Below, piece by piece: positions 1 through 10,272 of a DNA stretch of 64,000 bases. The notes beneath the pieces were generated by a model. That model saw only the letters and a list, made by a program, of their open reading frames with translations, ran no database searches and had not been told where the DNA came from. Position 1 is the first letter of the stretch, and each line of letters opens with the position of its first letter. The position numbers and the translations under genes are program-made. Origin of the DNA: a virus (lineage: Duplodnaviria > Caudoviricetes); IMG/VR virus record IMGVR_UViG_3300029288_000109, positions 1-64,000 of that record. One strand, given 5' to 3'.

Positions 1-33
1 CTTTTTTATCTGAGCTTTCAATTATATCAACCC

Positions 34-747
34 CTATGCCCTAAAACCACCACATAATGACCTCATGCCGCCACCCATACCAGGATGAATTAATAAACCA
101 CCCTCTGAACCTATATCAAATTCTGCTACTGGCGGAGTAAAATTACTAGTGTATCTCGCAACATTACTGATTCTTATTTCGTCTATATTCATTTCACTAT
201 AATATCCTGAACCATCATAGCCTATATTAATATTTCTAGTCGTATCTATACTTGTACCTTTAGATACAGTAACATTACCAGCTACCCCGTCTCGATATAG
301 TGTTATTGTACTACCGACTCTTACAGCAGCAACATGATACCACACACCCTTAGAGAATCCTCCAAATGCTGTTGATGAATAAGCGTCTGTCCCCCACGGA
401 CACATGAATCTAATGTTATAAGTACCGTCCCACCAAAAACCCCACCCATCGCCCCAAGACGAAGGTTGCAATTTACCAAAAGAAACATCGAATGTCTGAA
501 CAGTATTATTATACCTCAGAAAAAATTCAATAGTAAATTCACCAGTTCCAAAATTAAAATCAGAATGATGATTTATTCTTGCATAATCGTTTATTCTATC
601 AAAATATCCTGAACCTGCACCAAACTTCTTAACTGTTGTAGATATAATTGCTCCACTAACAGTGTCAACATCGTGTCCATACGTAGACGAATCTGTCCAA
701 TCATCATTTAAATGTAAAAGCAATTTAGTATTATAATCTATAGGCAT
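34..747 (-). CDS. LamG/concanavalin-A-like beta-sandwich protein, probably virion-associated
   Basis: LLLHLN...DSS start, KFGAGS, FTIEFF, WYHVAAVR...TLYRDG, IDEIRIS.VARY..NFTPP: typical phage LamG-like motifs; lies in the structural operon. Confidence 0.8.
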   Translation of the reverse strand: MPIDYNTKLLLHLNDDWTDSSTYGHDVDTVSGAIISTTVKKFGAGSGYFDRINDYARINHHSDFNFGTGEFTIEFFLRYNNTVQTFDVSFGKLQPSSWGDGWGFWWDGTYNIRFMCPWGTDAYSSTAFGGFSKGVWYHVAAVRVGSTITLYRDGVAGNVTVSKGTSIDTTRNINIGYDGSGYYSEMNIDEIRISNVARYTSNFTPPVAEFDIGSEGGLLIHPGMGGGMRSLCGGFRA

Positions 748-1121
748 TATTTATTCCATTCCTTACAAGTACCTGTAGATTCCACATATTTGTCTGTCAT
801 ATGAATAAGTGTTCCATCTTCCAATCTTTTACCTTCGCAACCAAACCAACATTCGCCACGCTGAGGAGCAATCACATAGCTGCCACAAGTGGCACATATC
901 TTTTCGATGTTTTCTGGAGTCTTCTCAAATACACATGTTTGGCACATCCACTCTTTGGATGTGATTACCTTATCTTCTGTTACACCATAAAATTCAGACA
1001 ACATAGCTTTTATTTTCTTCGTAACTTCTTCGGTTAAAGTATTTTTATAATCAAAAATATTAACCTCAGCAAGAACGCTTCCGTTAATATTATCCGCAAT
1101 AATCTTAAATGACTCATTCAT
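747..1121 (-). CDS. hypothetical Cys-rich protein
   Basis: ORF coupled to both neighbours by start/stop overlap; CxxC pairs. Confidence 0.55.
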   Translation of the reverse strand: MNESFKIIADNINGSVLAEVNIFDYKNTLTEEVTKKIKAMLSEFYGVTEDKVITSKEWMCQTCVFEKTPENIEKICATCGSYVIAPQRGECWFGCEGKRLEDGTLIHMTDKYVESTGTCKEWNK

Positions 1122-2332
1122 TTTATTGCCACCTCGTCTAAAACCTTAGAAACACCTATACCTGTTTCTTGCCATGTATATTTTTGTGAAAACTTTAATG
1201 CCTTCTGTGACACACTTTCTCTAACCTTCTTATGCTTTATCAGGTTGTCTATATCATTCGCTAATGACCAATCATCAATTATAGCACAACCAGACATAAA
1301 CCTTGCATCCATTAAATATAGCGGCTCACCATCTGTTTTTTGAACAACCCTGGTTAAAACACCACGACCGTCTTTCAACAACTCAACAGGAACACTATAT
1401 TTAGTAGAAATACACGGAGTACCAGCCTGCATACATTCAAGAATCTGCAAACCAAAGCCCTCGCTTTGTGATGGAAAAACAGCAACATCAGAAATATTGT
1501 AAAGCATATTTAGTGTAGTATCATCAACTGGCTTGTTCGTAGACTTCTCATAAAATATAACACTATTTTCAGACTTAACCAACCTCTTACAGGCCAATTG
1601 AATATCTACTCCAAAACCATCATTTAGGTTTGAAACAATAAATAATTTTATCTTTTCGCCCCATTTTAATGACTTCTTGCCTTTGCCAAAAGCGCTAATT
1701 AGGTGTTCAAGCCCCTTCCTGTTCTGATTTCTACCAAAAAACCCAATCAAAAAATCATCAGGGCTTATACCTATATTTTCTCTATACTGTTTTTTATCGT
1801 CATCACAAACTGGCTTAAAAATATTTGGGTCGCTACCAAGATAGACGCAATCGGCCTTAATATCAACCCCGCTATCCTTAATCGCATTAACCCCATGTAG
1901 TGAACAACAAATTACTCTATCTGCTGCTCTAATAGTGTCTATCCATACAGGATGTAGTGGCACACCATCTATTGTTATATACTGCACCCATTTAAATTTA
2001 TCCCTATGTTTAGATTTTGCAATATATTTTACAGCCCAAACATCCCCAAAAGTAATAACAATATCTGGATTAATCTTATCTACCACTTCATCAAAAAGAT
2101 ACTCGCCATAAGCATCTTTTTTAATATTACCATTTGGTAATCTACACATTGCAGCAGGACACGGTATTTCGTCCCATTTGCCATTATCGTGCGGTTTATC
2201 CAAAAACCATCCTAATTCGTGTATATCATATTTTCCCGTACTACTTAAAAAAGAAAGAACCTCGTAAGAAGTCCTTCCCATGCCTGTCTTTAAACCTGAC
2301 CAGTCACTTATCCAAAGGATTTTAGCCACCAA
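1118..2332 (-). CDS. GT-B fold glycosyltransferase (GT4-like)
   Basis: GRNQNRKG and VFPSQSEGFGLQILECMQAGTP (E-x7-E) motifs; C-terminal YTW. Confidence 0.88.
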   Translation of the reverse strand: MVAKILWISDWSGLKTGMGRTSYEVLSFLSSTGKYDIHELGWFLDKPHDNGKWDEIPCPAAMCRLPNGNIKKDAYGEYLFDEVVDKINPDIVITFGDVWAVKYIAKSKHRDKFKWVQYITIDGVPLHPVWIDTIRAADRVICCSLHGVNAIKDSGVDIKADCVYLGSDPNIFKPVCDDDKKQYRENIGISPDDFLIGFFGRNQNRKGLEHLISAFGKGKKSLKWGEKIKLFIVSNLNDGFGVDIQLACKRLVKSENSVIFYEKSTNKPVDDTTLNMLYNISDVAVFPSQSEGFGLQILECMQAGTPCISTKYSVPVELLKDGRGVLTRVVQKTDGEPLYLMDARFMSGCAIIDDWSLANDIDNLIKHKKVRESVSQKALKFSQKYTWQETGIGVSKVLDEVAIK

Positions 2333-2350
2333 GCCTCTCCTTAAACACTA

Positions 2351-2860
2351 TTATTCAATATTGCCTACCAGAATACCAGTGCTTGAACTTGCAATTTTAC
2401 TTTTTACAACAGAAATAACGCCCTTTCTACCGCCATTATTTAATACGCGTTCTCTGTTCCATAAGCTTTTAAGAATTCTAATGTCGTCAGTATTAGCAAC
2501 ATATTCTTTAACTTCTGCTACAGTGCCGCTCAATATATCGTCTAAATCCGAATTGCGTATAACATTAGCAGAAAGCTTAGGAACGTTTTTTTGCTTCTGT
2601 ATAGCAAGAGCCCCTTCTGTTTTAACGTACTTTTTAACTTCTGATGGAGTAAGCTTAACAAGGCCACCTGACAATATTTCTAAACGATATGCCTTAATTT
2701 CTTCATCGTCCAACATAGTTACGTCGCCAGGATCAATAAGTCTCCTTGCTCCAACATGCGGTTTCTTATCCTTAAACAATTTCAAACCCAGTGACACGCC
2801 ACTCTCATTACGAAAATACGTAAAATCACCTTTTTCTTCAATAATTCCTGTCTCTTCCAT
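2351..2860 (-). CDS. hypothetical protein downstream of the capsid gene
   Basis: Start moved to ATG 2860, which follows a GAGGTG SD; the longer ORF-track start overlaps the capsid gene and a hairpin. Confidence 0.6.
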   Translation of the reverse strand: MEETGIIEEKGDFTYFRNESGVSLGLKLFKDKKPHVGARRLIDPGDVTMLDDEEIKAYRLEILSGGLVKLTPSEVKKYVKTEGALAIQKQKNVPKLSANVIRNSDLDDILSGTVAEVKEYVANTDDIRILKSLWNRERVLNNGGRKGVISVVKSKIASSSTGILVGNIE

Positions 2861-2889
2861 GTTAATCACCTCACCAAGCAATTTTATAA

Positions 2890-2918
2890 TGCGGCGGCTG
2901 AAAAAATCAGCCGCCGCA
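2890..2918 (-). terminator. GC-rich hairpin just after the major capsid gene
   Basis: TGCGGCGGCTG / CAGCCGCCGCA perfect 11-bp stem; weak U-tract. Confidence 0.55.
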
Positions 2919-2931
2919 CATTTCATTTCAA

Positions 2932-3864
2932 TTACACCACGCCACGAACACAAGCACGAATATCAGTAATACCAAATCCAACCTCTTCTGTCCCTATTAC
3001 TTTCTGGCGCAAGCTAGAAATAGCAGTAGGATCATCATAAGTTACAAAATCAAGGCGAACTGGCATCCATCCAAAGTTACCTGTATCAAAACCATAAATG
3101 TAAGTATCGCTGATATAAGGGCTGCGAACAACCATTACGTCTGCGCCCCACACGTTGGTAAGACCAAAATTCAACCATATTTCACGCTGAGTTACAGCAT
3201 CAATAGCATGTGTTACAGTTGTCGTATCGGTGCTTGACCATTCTCTGATATAAGCAGCGTTAGTAGGAGACATTACAAGAAGGTTGATCTTGAAATCAGA
3301 TGTTTCTTGCATTTTTGTCCACATCATGTTCAAAAGAACCTTTGTTACACCACTAACTCCAGCTTCATCAACTGAACGAGTATCTGCTGTTCCGTCATAA
3401 GCGGTAACAGCGGTGTCAATAAGGCTCCATGCGTAGCTCTCTTCTTGCTCGATAATGGCGCGTTGAAGCTTCTCGCGTGAACGCGATACAACGTCAAACC
3501 TAGCCATTCTAGCAAACCTAAGTTCCCATTCAACACTTGAACCTATTGAGAACGTGTTAATTGCAACCTCTCCAGAATGCACAATGTTTTGTGGCACTTT
3601 GGCACGAGGAGGCAATACCCACGCATCAATATTTTCAATGTCAACGGGGAAGATAGCGTCTCCGCCGCTAGTCAAATCACCATACTGGAAGATACGTCTT
3701 GCGGTAGAAAACTGATCCAAATCTGGTTGAATTACAGCGCCCATCTCAGCAGCAATAGCCTTACGAGCCTCTGCCCCTTCCATGGTGTTTGAACCAGAAG
3801 TTATAAGCTGTTTCTTAGCTTCTGCCTTAAGCAACTCATTGCGTTTAATTTCTTCAGATGTCAT
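2932..3864 (-). CDS. major capsid protein (HK97 fold)
   Basis: 310 aa; follows terminase-portal-protease-decoration; ARFDVVSR..AI.EQE and GTEEVGFGI patterns resemble HK97/encapsulin-like capsids; strong GGAGG SD. Confidence 0.8.
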   Translation of the reverse strand: MTSEEIKRNELLKAEAKKQLITSGSNTMEGAEARKAIAAEMGAVIQPDLDQFSTARRIFQYGDLTSGGDAIFPVDIENIDAWVLPPRAKVPQNIVHSGEVAINTFSIGSSVEWELRFARMARFDVVSRSREKLQRAIIEQEESYAWSLIDTAVTAYDGTADTRSVDEAGVSGVTKVLLNMMWTKMQETSDFKINLLVMSPTNAAYIREWSSTDTTTVTHAIDAVTQREIWLNFGLTNVWGADVMVVRSPYISDTYIYGFDTGNFGWMPVRLDFVTYDDPTAISSLRQKVIGTEEVGFGITDIRACVRGVV

Positions 3865-3891
3865 ATTGTTTTTCCCTCCTTCTCTATAAGG

Positions 3892-4359
3892 TTATACCAA
3901 AAGCTGTACTTGAGCTTCTGTTGAGGTTACACCAGTAACCATTAATACTTTTTGGCTGCTACCGACCTCAAAGCAACCAGCATAAGAAGTATGTGGCTGT
4001 AAATAATCGCCAATGGACAAACCAGATGGCATAACAACCCTACCGTCCGTATCCTCCATACCCATAACGTACCTATAAATACCACCATCTACATACACAC
4101 CAGTCTTATCATCTGGATATGCAATAGTAGGATCAATAGGTTTTACAAAACCCTTATCTGTACCAGGATCAGCAATTACAGTAACAGTGCAAAGACCAAG
4201 CGTTTTATTGCTAGTTCCAGTAGCGCCAACCACTTCTCCGGTATCCCACGTTACAACACAACCAGGAACAAGATTATCAACATTCGCTGTGGTATTATCA
4301 AGGTCTTTGGTAATCAAGGTTCCTTCAAATTCAGCATTAAAATTCCTTGTTGTTGACAT
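3892..4359 (-). CDS. probable head decoration/cement protein
   Basis: Small Gly/Thr/Val-rich beta protein between scaffold and capsid genes. Confidence 0.55.
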   Translation of the reverse strand: MSTTRNFNAEFEGTLITKDLDNTTANVDNLVPGCVVTWDTGEVVGATGTSNKTLGLCTVTVIADPGTDKGFVKPIDPTIAYPDDKTGVYVDGGIYRYVMGMEDTDGRVVMPSGLSIGDYLQPHTSYAGCFEVGSSQKVLMVTGVTSTEAQVQLLV

Positions 4360-4377
4360 AAATACTATTCACCTCGC

Positions 4378-6255
4378 TTATTTTCTCAAATCAAAGATGC
4401 TACGAATTGCTTCCTTGGTACTAGGACCATCGGACTCATTATCAGCATCGCTACTACCATCTTCGGCCACACCTTTGTTGTTCATAACAAACAACGCTCT
4501 AGCTATAGCTCTGGTATCAAATACTTCTGTTTCCACAGCTACGGCCTGTTCAGTTGGCGGTTCTTCAACAGCAACAACTGGTTCTTCCAGTGCGGCTTCG
4601 CTGCTAGTTTCTGGCGTCTTAACAGAAGCCATGTCTTTTAAGATATCAAGAAAACTACTAAAATCTTCGTCTGACATACTAGCAACTTTTTGTTTTACAT
4701 CTTCCTGCTTTGCTTCTGAAAACTTAATTCCAGCGTCTTCGATTACACACATTCTAGCGTTAATCATTTCTGCAAGCGCAGCATCAGAATTCTTCTGCAC
4801 CATTTTCTCAACAAGACCAGTAAGCTCCGCTATCTTAGCTTCAAGTCCTTCGACTTTTGCTTTAACAGCGTCTTCTTCAGGAGCCGGTGTTTCGACAACT
4901 TCAGGAGTTACAACAGGATTTATCTCTGCTGTAGCTTCGACCTCTTGAGGATTGTCCGCTACAATTTCTTCCGCCGGAATTTCAGTAGCCACAACTTCTT
5001 GTTCAGAAGCACTTTCGGGCGTTTTTTCTGTCATAGCAATAGACTCTCCTTCCTTGCTTTGTGTTTCTTCGGTTGAAGATAAAGCGTCAATTAGCTCATC
5101 GTTTGTAAACTCATCATAGTCCTCTTCTGAAGCCTCCCCCTCTTTCTTGTAAGACTTCAAAAGGGCTTTTGCGTGTTTACGAAGATGCGCCTCTGCTTTT
5201 TTTGCCATTGATTCTTTGCTTATGCTATCTGTAACAGGCTTTGTTTGAGATGCTCTAGCTAAAGCGTTTTTAAGATGCACAATATCCACACTAGTGTTTT
5301 CTGCCGCACTTTTAACCCCTTTATTATGATGCGGTAAATGTCTAGTGTTCTTGTTGTCAACTTCGCCACGCTTAAAAGCCGGTTCAATAACAGCAAAAGC
5401 TGCGTCGGGAAGGTCGTTTATGTACTTTCGCGTCCATTTTTCTCCGGTAGAATACCCTTCAACAGCGTCTTCTACCATTTCCGCAATAAGACTAACAATA
5501 TCTTCGTTTATGTCGTTTTTTCCCACACACTCCCCTCCCTTCGTATTAGTATCTATAATACCATTATCAGACACCGTTTCCCCCTCGAATTGGCCTCTAG
5601 ATATAGGCTTATATCCAATTTTAATAACCTTTCTATCGTCCTGCAACGCAGCAACAGACAAAAAAACAGCCGCTTTATCAGCAGGATTTTCAACAATACC
5701 GCTTGCGCTAAAAAACAAGTTTTTAAAACCACGAAAAACAGGTTTGCCATCATATGCGCCTTTATTGGCCCAAGTCATTTGGAGTTGGTCAGCCAATTGA
5801 TGATCGGATGGTATCTGATAAGATTCGTCTCCAACTATCCACACATAGTCGCTAAAATAACACTCCATGCTTACGGCAAGCTCCCCATTCATGGCTTTTT
5901 CTCTAATTTTTTGTGCATACTCTTGATAAACCATAGCCCATACAACACCAGTACAACTTATATGTCCTTTTGATCCAATCATAGTAGACGAAGGAGTATA
6001 CCAACTATCTGTTATTGTCCCAATATTAAGCAACGGATCGTGTTCCCAATTCATTGGCTTGTTTACAGGGGTTCTTGCTGCCACCTCAAGCTCACTCTCG
6101 AAAAAATAATCACCGTTTGCGTTGGCCCCAGCATGACACAATATAAATGACAAGTGTAAAAGATCTGGCGTTTTTATACCTTCATCAAAATTGTATGCAA
6201 TAGCATTAGTAATACCAATTATTTTTGGGGCAACAGTTACAAAAAATTTTCCCAT
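4378..6255 (-). CDS. prohead protease fused to acidic scaffold region
   Basis: NANGDYF, PMNWEH, VSMEC, GIVENPA protease-like motifs in the N-terminal third; Glu/Ala/Pro-rich coiled-coil C-terminus; position between portal and capsid. Confidence 0.72.
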   Translation of the reverse strand: MGKFFVTVAPKIIGITNAIAYNFDEGIKTPDLLHLSFILCHAGANANGDYFFESELEVAARTPVNKPMNWEHDPLLNIGTITDSWYTPSSTMIGSKGHISCTGVVWAMVYQEYAQKIREKAMNGELAVSMECYFSDYVWIVGDESYQIPSDHQLADQLQMTWANKGAYDGKPVFRGFKNLFFSASGIVENPADKAAVFLSVAALQDDRKVIKIGYKPISRGQFEGETVSDNGIIDTNTKGGECVGKNDINEDIVSLIAEMVEDAVEGYSTGEKWTRKYINDLPDAAFAVIEPAFKRGEVDNKNTRHLPHHNKGVKSAAENTSVDIVHLKNALARASQTKPVTDSISKESMAKKAEAHLRKHAKALLKSYKKEGEASEEDYDEFTNDELIDALSSTEETQSKEGESIAMTEKTPESASEQEVVATEIPAEEIVADNPQEVEATAEINPVVTPEVVETPAPEEDAVKAKVEGLEAKIAELTGLVEKMVQKNSDAALAEMINARMCVIEDAGIKFSEAKQEDVKQKVASMSDEDFSSFLDILKDMASVKTPETSSEAALEEPVVAVEEPPTEQAVAVETEVFDTRAIARALFVMNNKGVAEDGSSDADNESDGPSTKEAIRSIFDLRK

Positions 6256-6264
6256 AATTCACAC

Positions 6265-7773
6265 CTACAATCCTGGTGGCGGCTTAATGTCGCTTTTCTT
6301 GTTCCTGGGTTTAATATCTTTTTTATTCGGTGGTCGCCCAGGAGCATCTTCAACCGTCTTAGGTGTTTCTTGTGTGGACGGAGAAGCTTGATACGGAGAC
6401 TGTCTTGGCACAAATAAATCTGAGTATTCTTGTTCTGTAGTAAGTCTTTCTATTTCTGTATTCAAATTTGATATTTTTGTACTTTCAAGAGCAGACCTAA
6501 CTGACAAAACACCACGATCTATTAATCCAAGTACAAGCTGATTTACAGTCGCCTGATCATCAAGGTCAGGCGTATCTAAACGCACAGAAGGTGGGTCAAC
6601 CCTAAATTCCTCACCAAGTACCCCCCATTCGTGTTTTAGCCAGTTGTTTATTCCACGAATACCATCTTCAAGCATTTTCTTCATAACTTTAAAAGCCATT
6701 ACATAACCAGAAAAACCACCCTCACCAGTAATTAGAGATGTTGGAACACCTATAACTTCACTTAGTTCCCTATTTGGTTGTATATACTTGTCTGCATCAA
6801 ACACATCTGTATTGGGAGTAATCTGATTTATCTTTAACGTGTGGTCATAAACAAGCATATAACTAGGAGAAGGCGTCTTCAACATTGTTGCCACATCTGT
6901 TAATTGGGCCCTTGTCGCTGGAAATTCATCGCTACCTATGGTTACAACAATAAGCTGATTAATAAACCCTTTAGCAGTAATACTTTCGGCTACTCTTTGG
7001 GTTTGAATATAATCCATTGTTGGAAAACCAGGAGTAATAGATGGTATTGCATATTCTTGATAATTCATTTTCTTTTTGTATATTGCATATGTTTTTTCTG
7101 GATCAAGTGGAATTTTACTACCTGCTTTAATAGCGGTTTGCCAATCTTTTGGTAACGCCTTAAACATCTCTTTAATCTCTTTAATAGAAGAACCGGCCAT
7201 TTCTTTCATCTTATTAGTAACTTTATACGATAAATAAACATCTCCAAATGGAGAAACGGCTTCTACATTAACTAATGTCGGATCAAGAATGGTGTATATA
7301 ACCTTTGGTGGTTCCTTTTTAGTACCTTTTGATAAAATCTCTCTGTATATAAAAACATTTCCACTAATATAGTATTCAAGTAATATTTGTTTTATAATGC
7401 CATCAATATCGTTATTTTCTACAAGTATTTTAAAAAACTCTACGCCCTTTGTTTCTCCCTCGTTAATAATTCCACTAAAAGAAAAGTCTACCATTATATT
7501 TGTAGCGGTAGCATACCTTCCGCAATTAAAATGATATGCATCCCACGCCATTTTAATTAGTTCTTTTGGATGTGTTGATGTATTAACGCTAAAACTACGA
7601 CGTTGTTCCTGAAAAGTTAATAAAGAATCATATCTGTCGTACACATCGGCTGTGACGTGCTGATATTTTTTACCACCAAGCCACGCACTATCTTCAATCT
7701 TTATTATAAATGGTGATAGATCCGTGTTTGCAACAGACAATGGTTCTTTTGCAGTATTAGTGTTTTCTTCCAC
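6265..7773 (-). CDS. portal protein
   Basis: 502 aa immediately after TerL; EYYISGNVFIY motif; low-complexity basic tail. Confidence 0.72.
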   Translation of the reverse strand: MEENTNTAKEPLSVANTDLSPFIIKIEDSAWLGGKKYQHVTADVYDRYDSLLTFQEQRRSFSVNTSTHPKELIKMAWDAYHFNCGRYATATNIMVDFSFSGIINEGETKGVEFFKILVENNDIDGIIKQILLEYYISGNVFIYREILSKGTKKEPPKVIYTILDPTLVNVEAVSPFGDVYLSYKVTNKMKEMAGSSIKEIKEMFKALPKDWQTAIKAGSKIPLDPEKTYAIYKKKMNYQEYAIPSITPGFPTMDYIQTQRVAESITAKGFINQLIVVTIGSDEFPATRAQLTDVATMLKTPSPSYMLVYDHTLKINQITPNTDVFDADKYIQPNRELSEVIGVPTSLITGEGGFSGYVMAFKVMKKMLEDGIRGINNWLKHEWGVLGEEFRVDPPSVRLDTPDLDDQATVNQLVLGLIDRGVLSVRSALESTKISNLNTEIERLTTEQEYSDLFVPRQSPYQASPSTQETPKTVEDAPGRPPNKKDIKPRNKKSDIKPPPGL

Positions 7774-7837
7774 TAAAAACCACCCTTTATAGCTTGCTTG
7801 TTACTTTATATACCCCTGTTTATATAAAATATAACAT

Positions 7838-9430
7838 TTAAACCCAAATACCGCCTGCTAATTTTCCTTGCGGTTTTAATCCCTCGGCTAAGAAGTTCTT
7901 GGCAGCCCAATGCGCAACCAATAATGACGAATATAAATCTTTGTGCTGACTAGGCGGGTCTATATCAAACTTTAAATTGCCAAAAGTACCACCATCATAG
8001 GTAACAATACAACTCAATTGCTCTTTTGCCTTCTCTATTTTGTCACAAACGTCGCTAACAACAGCATTATATACCTCATCTGTTTCACTCATGTTGTTAG
8101 AAACAACAGATGGGAAATATATACCGCCGTTTTCCATAGACGCTTTTAATGCAAAATTCATGTCATTAACAATCTGAGGTCTAAACGCGATAGTCTCTAT
8201 AATACGTTTTCCTTTTATTTTATTATCTGAATCTATTGGAAATAAAGGAGTATCGATGATTTTATTACCAGTGATTGGGTGAATCATTGGATAATCTTCG
8301 CTAAGAGCGTCTAAAACTGCATAACCACCACCACCGAGATCCAAACCAATACGCGAAACATTAAACTTAATGGCCAATTCTCTAATTTGTCTAGCTAACC
8401 ATTGGAATTTCATTTGATGATACGCATTAACATAACACACACGAAAACTATTGCTGCCAATTTCAAGGATAGTAATAGCGGCCCAGTCGTATGAACGAGC
8501 AGGGTCAACGCCCATAACATAATAAAATTGAGAATCACCCTTGTCTCTTATTATAACATTAGACGAAGTACACATATCAATAAGACTTCTTGGGAAGAAA
8601 CCAGCAGAATCAGCAGGAAAATGACGCTCCCACTCCATCAAAAATATGGTTCTTGGTGTTCTTTTACGAGCATCTTCTATGATAGACGGATCATAGAAAT
8701 CATACATTTCTGCGTCTCTATAATCATATTCGTGAACAGAATGATTAGTGTCTCCATCACGAACCATCGCTTTATATTCCAAAAATGTCTTAAACAGGTG
8801 ATTAAAACGATAATAAGCGGAACTAGCCATGATAAGTTTGTTGCCACCAAACGAGTCTTTTACTCCCCAATCGTCTTTTTTACGCAAAGTTCCACGTTTG
8901 ATGGCCATAAATGGGAAAATAACCTGATAAACAATATTCTCAGGCACAAAAGCAAACTCATCTATAAACAAAACGTTAAATCTTGCTCCACGAATGTTTT
9001 CTCCGTCTTCGGTAAGTGGTAAAGCAGATATCTCTGAACCAGATTTTGTAGACCAGAACGTTCTAGTTGGGGATTTTGATGGGCCCTTATCGGTAGAATC
9101 AACTAAAAAGTCAGAACATCTTACGAGTTTACTAACTTCACCAAATAAATAATCAGAAGCCTGCCTATACGTCTTAGACAAAAGCCCTATTTTTATACCA
9201 GGATATAATACCGCCATCAAAACCGACGAAAGAGCCATTGTATATGTCTTTCCGGCTGCTCTTCCCCACACCATTAGTGTAAATTGCTTGTTCCATATAT
9301 CGCTAATAGTCCTACGCTGATACCACGTAAGTTCTCCATACGGACCAAGCAAAAGTCTTGCTGCTAAAATTGGATCGCTACGACAACTATCTATAAAATC
9401 TCTATATTTTTCTACATCAATATCGGCCAT
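7838..9430 (-). CDS. terL: terminase large subunit
   Basis: Walker A GRAAGKT, RGARFNVLFIDE Walker B, nuclease GVDPAR..D and late KD motif. Confidence 0.92.
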   Translation of the reverse strand: MADIDVEKYRDFIDSCRSDPILAARLLLGPYGELTWYQRRTISDIWNKQFTLMVWGRAAGKTYTMALSSVLMAVLYPGIKIGLLSKTYRQASDYLFGEVSKLVRCSDFLVDSTDKGPSKSPTRTFWSTKSGSEISALPLTEDGENIRGARFNVLFIDEFAFVPENIVYQVIFPFMAIKRGTLRKKDDWGVKDSFGGNKLIMASSAYYRFNHLFKTFLEYKAMVRDGDTNHSVHEYDYRDAEMYDFYDPSIIEDARKRTPRTIFLMEWERHFPADSAGFFPRSLIDMCTSSNVIIRDKGDSQFYYVMGVDPARSYDWAAITILEIGSNSFRVCYVNAYHQMKFQWLARQIRELAIKFNVSRIGLDLGGGGYAVLDALSEDYPMIHPITGNKIIDTPLFPIDSDNKIKGKRIIETIAFRPQIVNDMNFALKASMENGGIYFPSVVSNNMSETDEVYNAVVSDVCDKIEKAKEQLSCIVTYDGGTFGNLKFDIDPPSQHKDLYSSLLVAHWAAKNFLAEGLKPQGKLAGGIWV

Positions 9431-9442
9431 ACCTTCTCCTGT

Positions 9443-9757
9443 TTATTTCCATAATTTTAACGCAATACCTAAAGCACTCATAATAAACAATATTACTGCT
9501 GCTGCACCACCCCACTTAGCTATCCATATCTCGTGTTTATTAACTATCCCATTTAAATTATTTATTTGTAGTGTTGTTGCAACAAACTTCTTGTCGTACT
9601 CTTCTTGTGATAAACATTCTTTTTCTGATATTTCGTCTAACGATCTCTTAATATCATAAACATTCATTGCCATATAAACTTTATACTCACCGTCAGTCAT
9701 GTCTTTTACACGAGAAATTTCTTCGCCGCCATTCATAAAAGGCCCCCTTGTTTCCAT
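9443..9757 (-). CDS. small coiled-coil protein with C-terminal TM helix (holin/XhlA-like architecture)
   Basis: Hydrophobic WGGAAAVILFIMSALGIAL followed by KLWK. Confidence 0.45.
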   Translation of the reverse strand: METRGPFMNGGEEISRVKDMTDGEYKVYMAMNVYDIKRSLDEISEKECLSQEEYDKKFVATTLQINNLNGIVNKHEIWIAKWGGAAAVILFIMSALGIALKLWK

Positions 9758-10272
9758 TTCATAACAATTTCGACATCACAATTATAACATTTGCCACAAT
9801 AGTTAGAAGTTTCATTACTAACGTCTATCATAACTGTTTTTTCTCCACAATTAGGACAAATTCTCCATTTATCGCTACCAAGTATGCCATTATATGACAC
9901 AATATTGCCATACCCAATACACTCTGCGCTATTATCTATTAATACATTATTTAGTATTTGTACTACAACACAATGATTATAATACAGTGGGGCATTAACT
10001 TTAACAAAAAGACCAATCTGTCCAAATTCAGTAACAAGTTTAAACACAGAACCATGTGTTATTGCACCAATTTCTGAACTGTTACCTACTCCGTTTTCAA
10101 ATTTATCTGATACATCACCAATACAAACACATTTCGCAGCAGGCGGCAACAAAAAGTAGGAGCCAACATCTCTAGCGCAAACAAACCTGTCAGATACTAC
10201 ATCGCTTGTTCTTACCATAAGGGCGGATCCGAGCAGAAACAAACCACCTGGTTTAATATCACACACGTTCAT
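9733..10272 (-). CDS. hypothetical protein with C-terminal zinc ribbon
   Basis: CPNC...CYNC; start set at the ATG after a GAGGTG SD. Confidence 0.5.
   Translation of the reverse strand: MNVCDIKPGGLFLLGSALMVRTSDVVSDRFVCARDVGSYFLLPPAAKCVCIGDVSDKFENGVGNSSEIGAITHGSVFKLVTEFGQIGLFVKVNAPLYYNHCVVVQILNNVLIDNSAECIGYGNIVSYNGILGSDKWRICPNCGEKTVMIDVSNETSNYCGKCYNCDVEIVMKWKQGGLL

Noticed and set aside
2280-5973. Long plus-strand ORFs (2280-2969, 4187-4948, 5338-5973) and similar antisense ORFs such as 22617-23381
   Set aside because: Antisense shadows of well-supported genes, with no motifs or SDs
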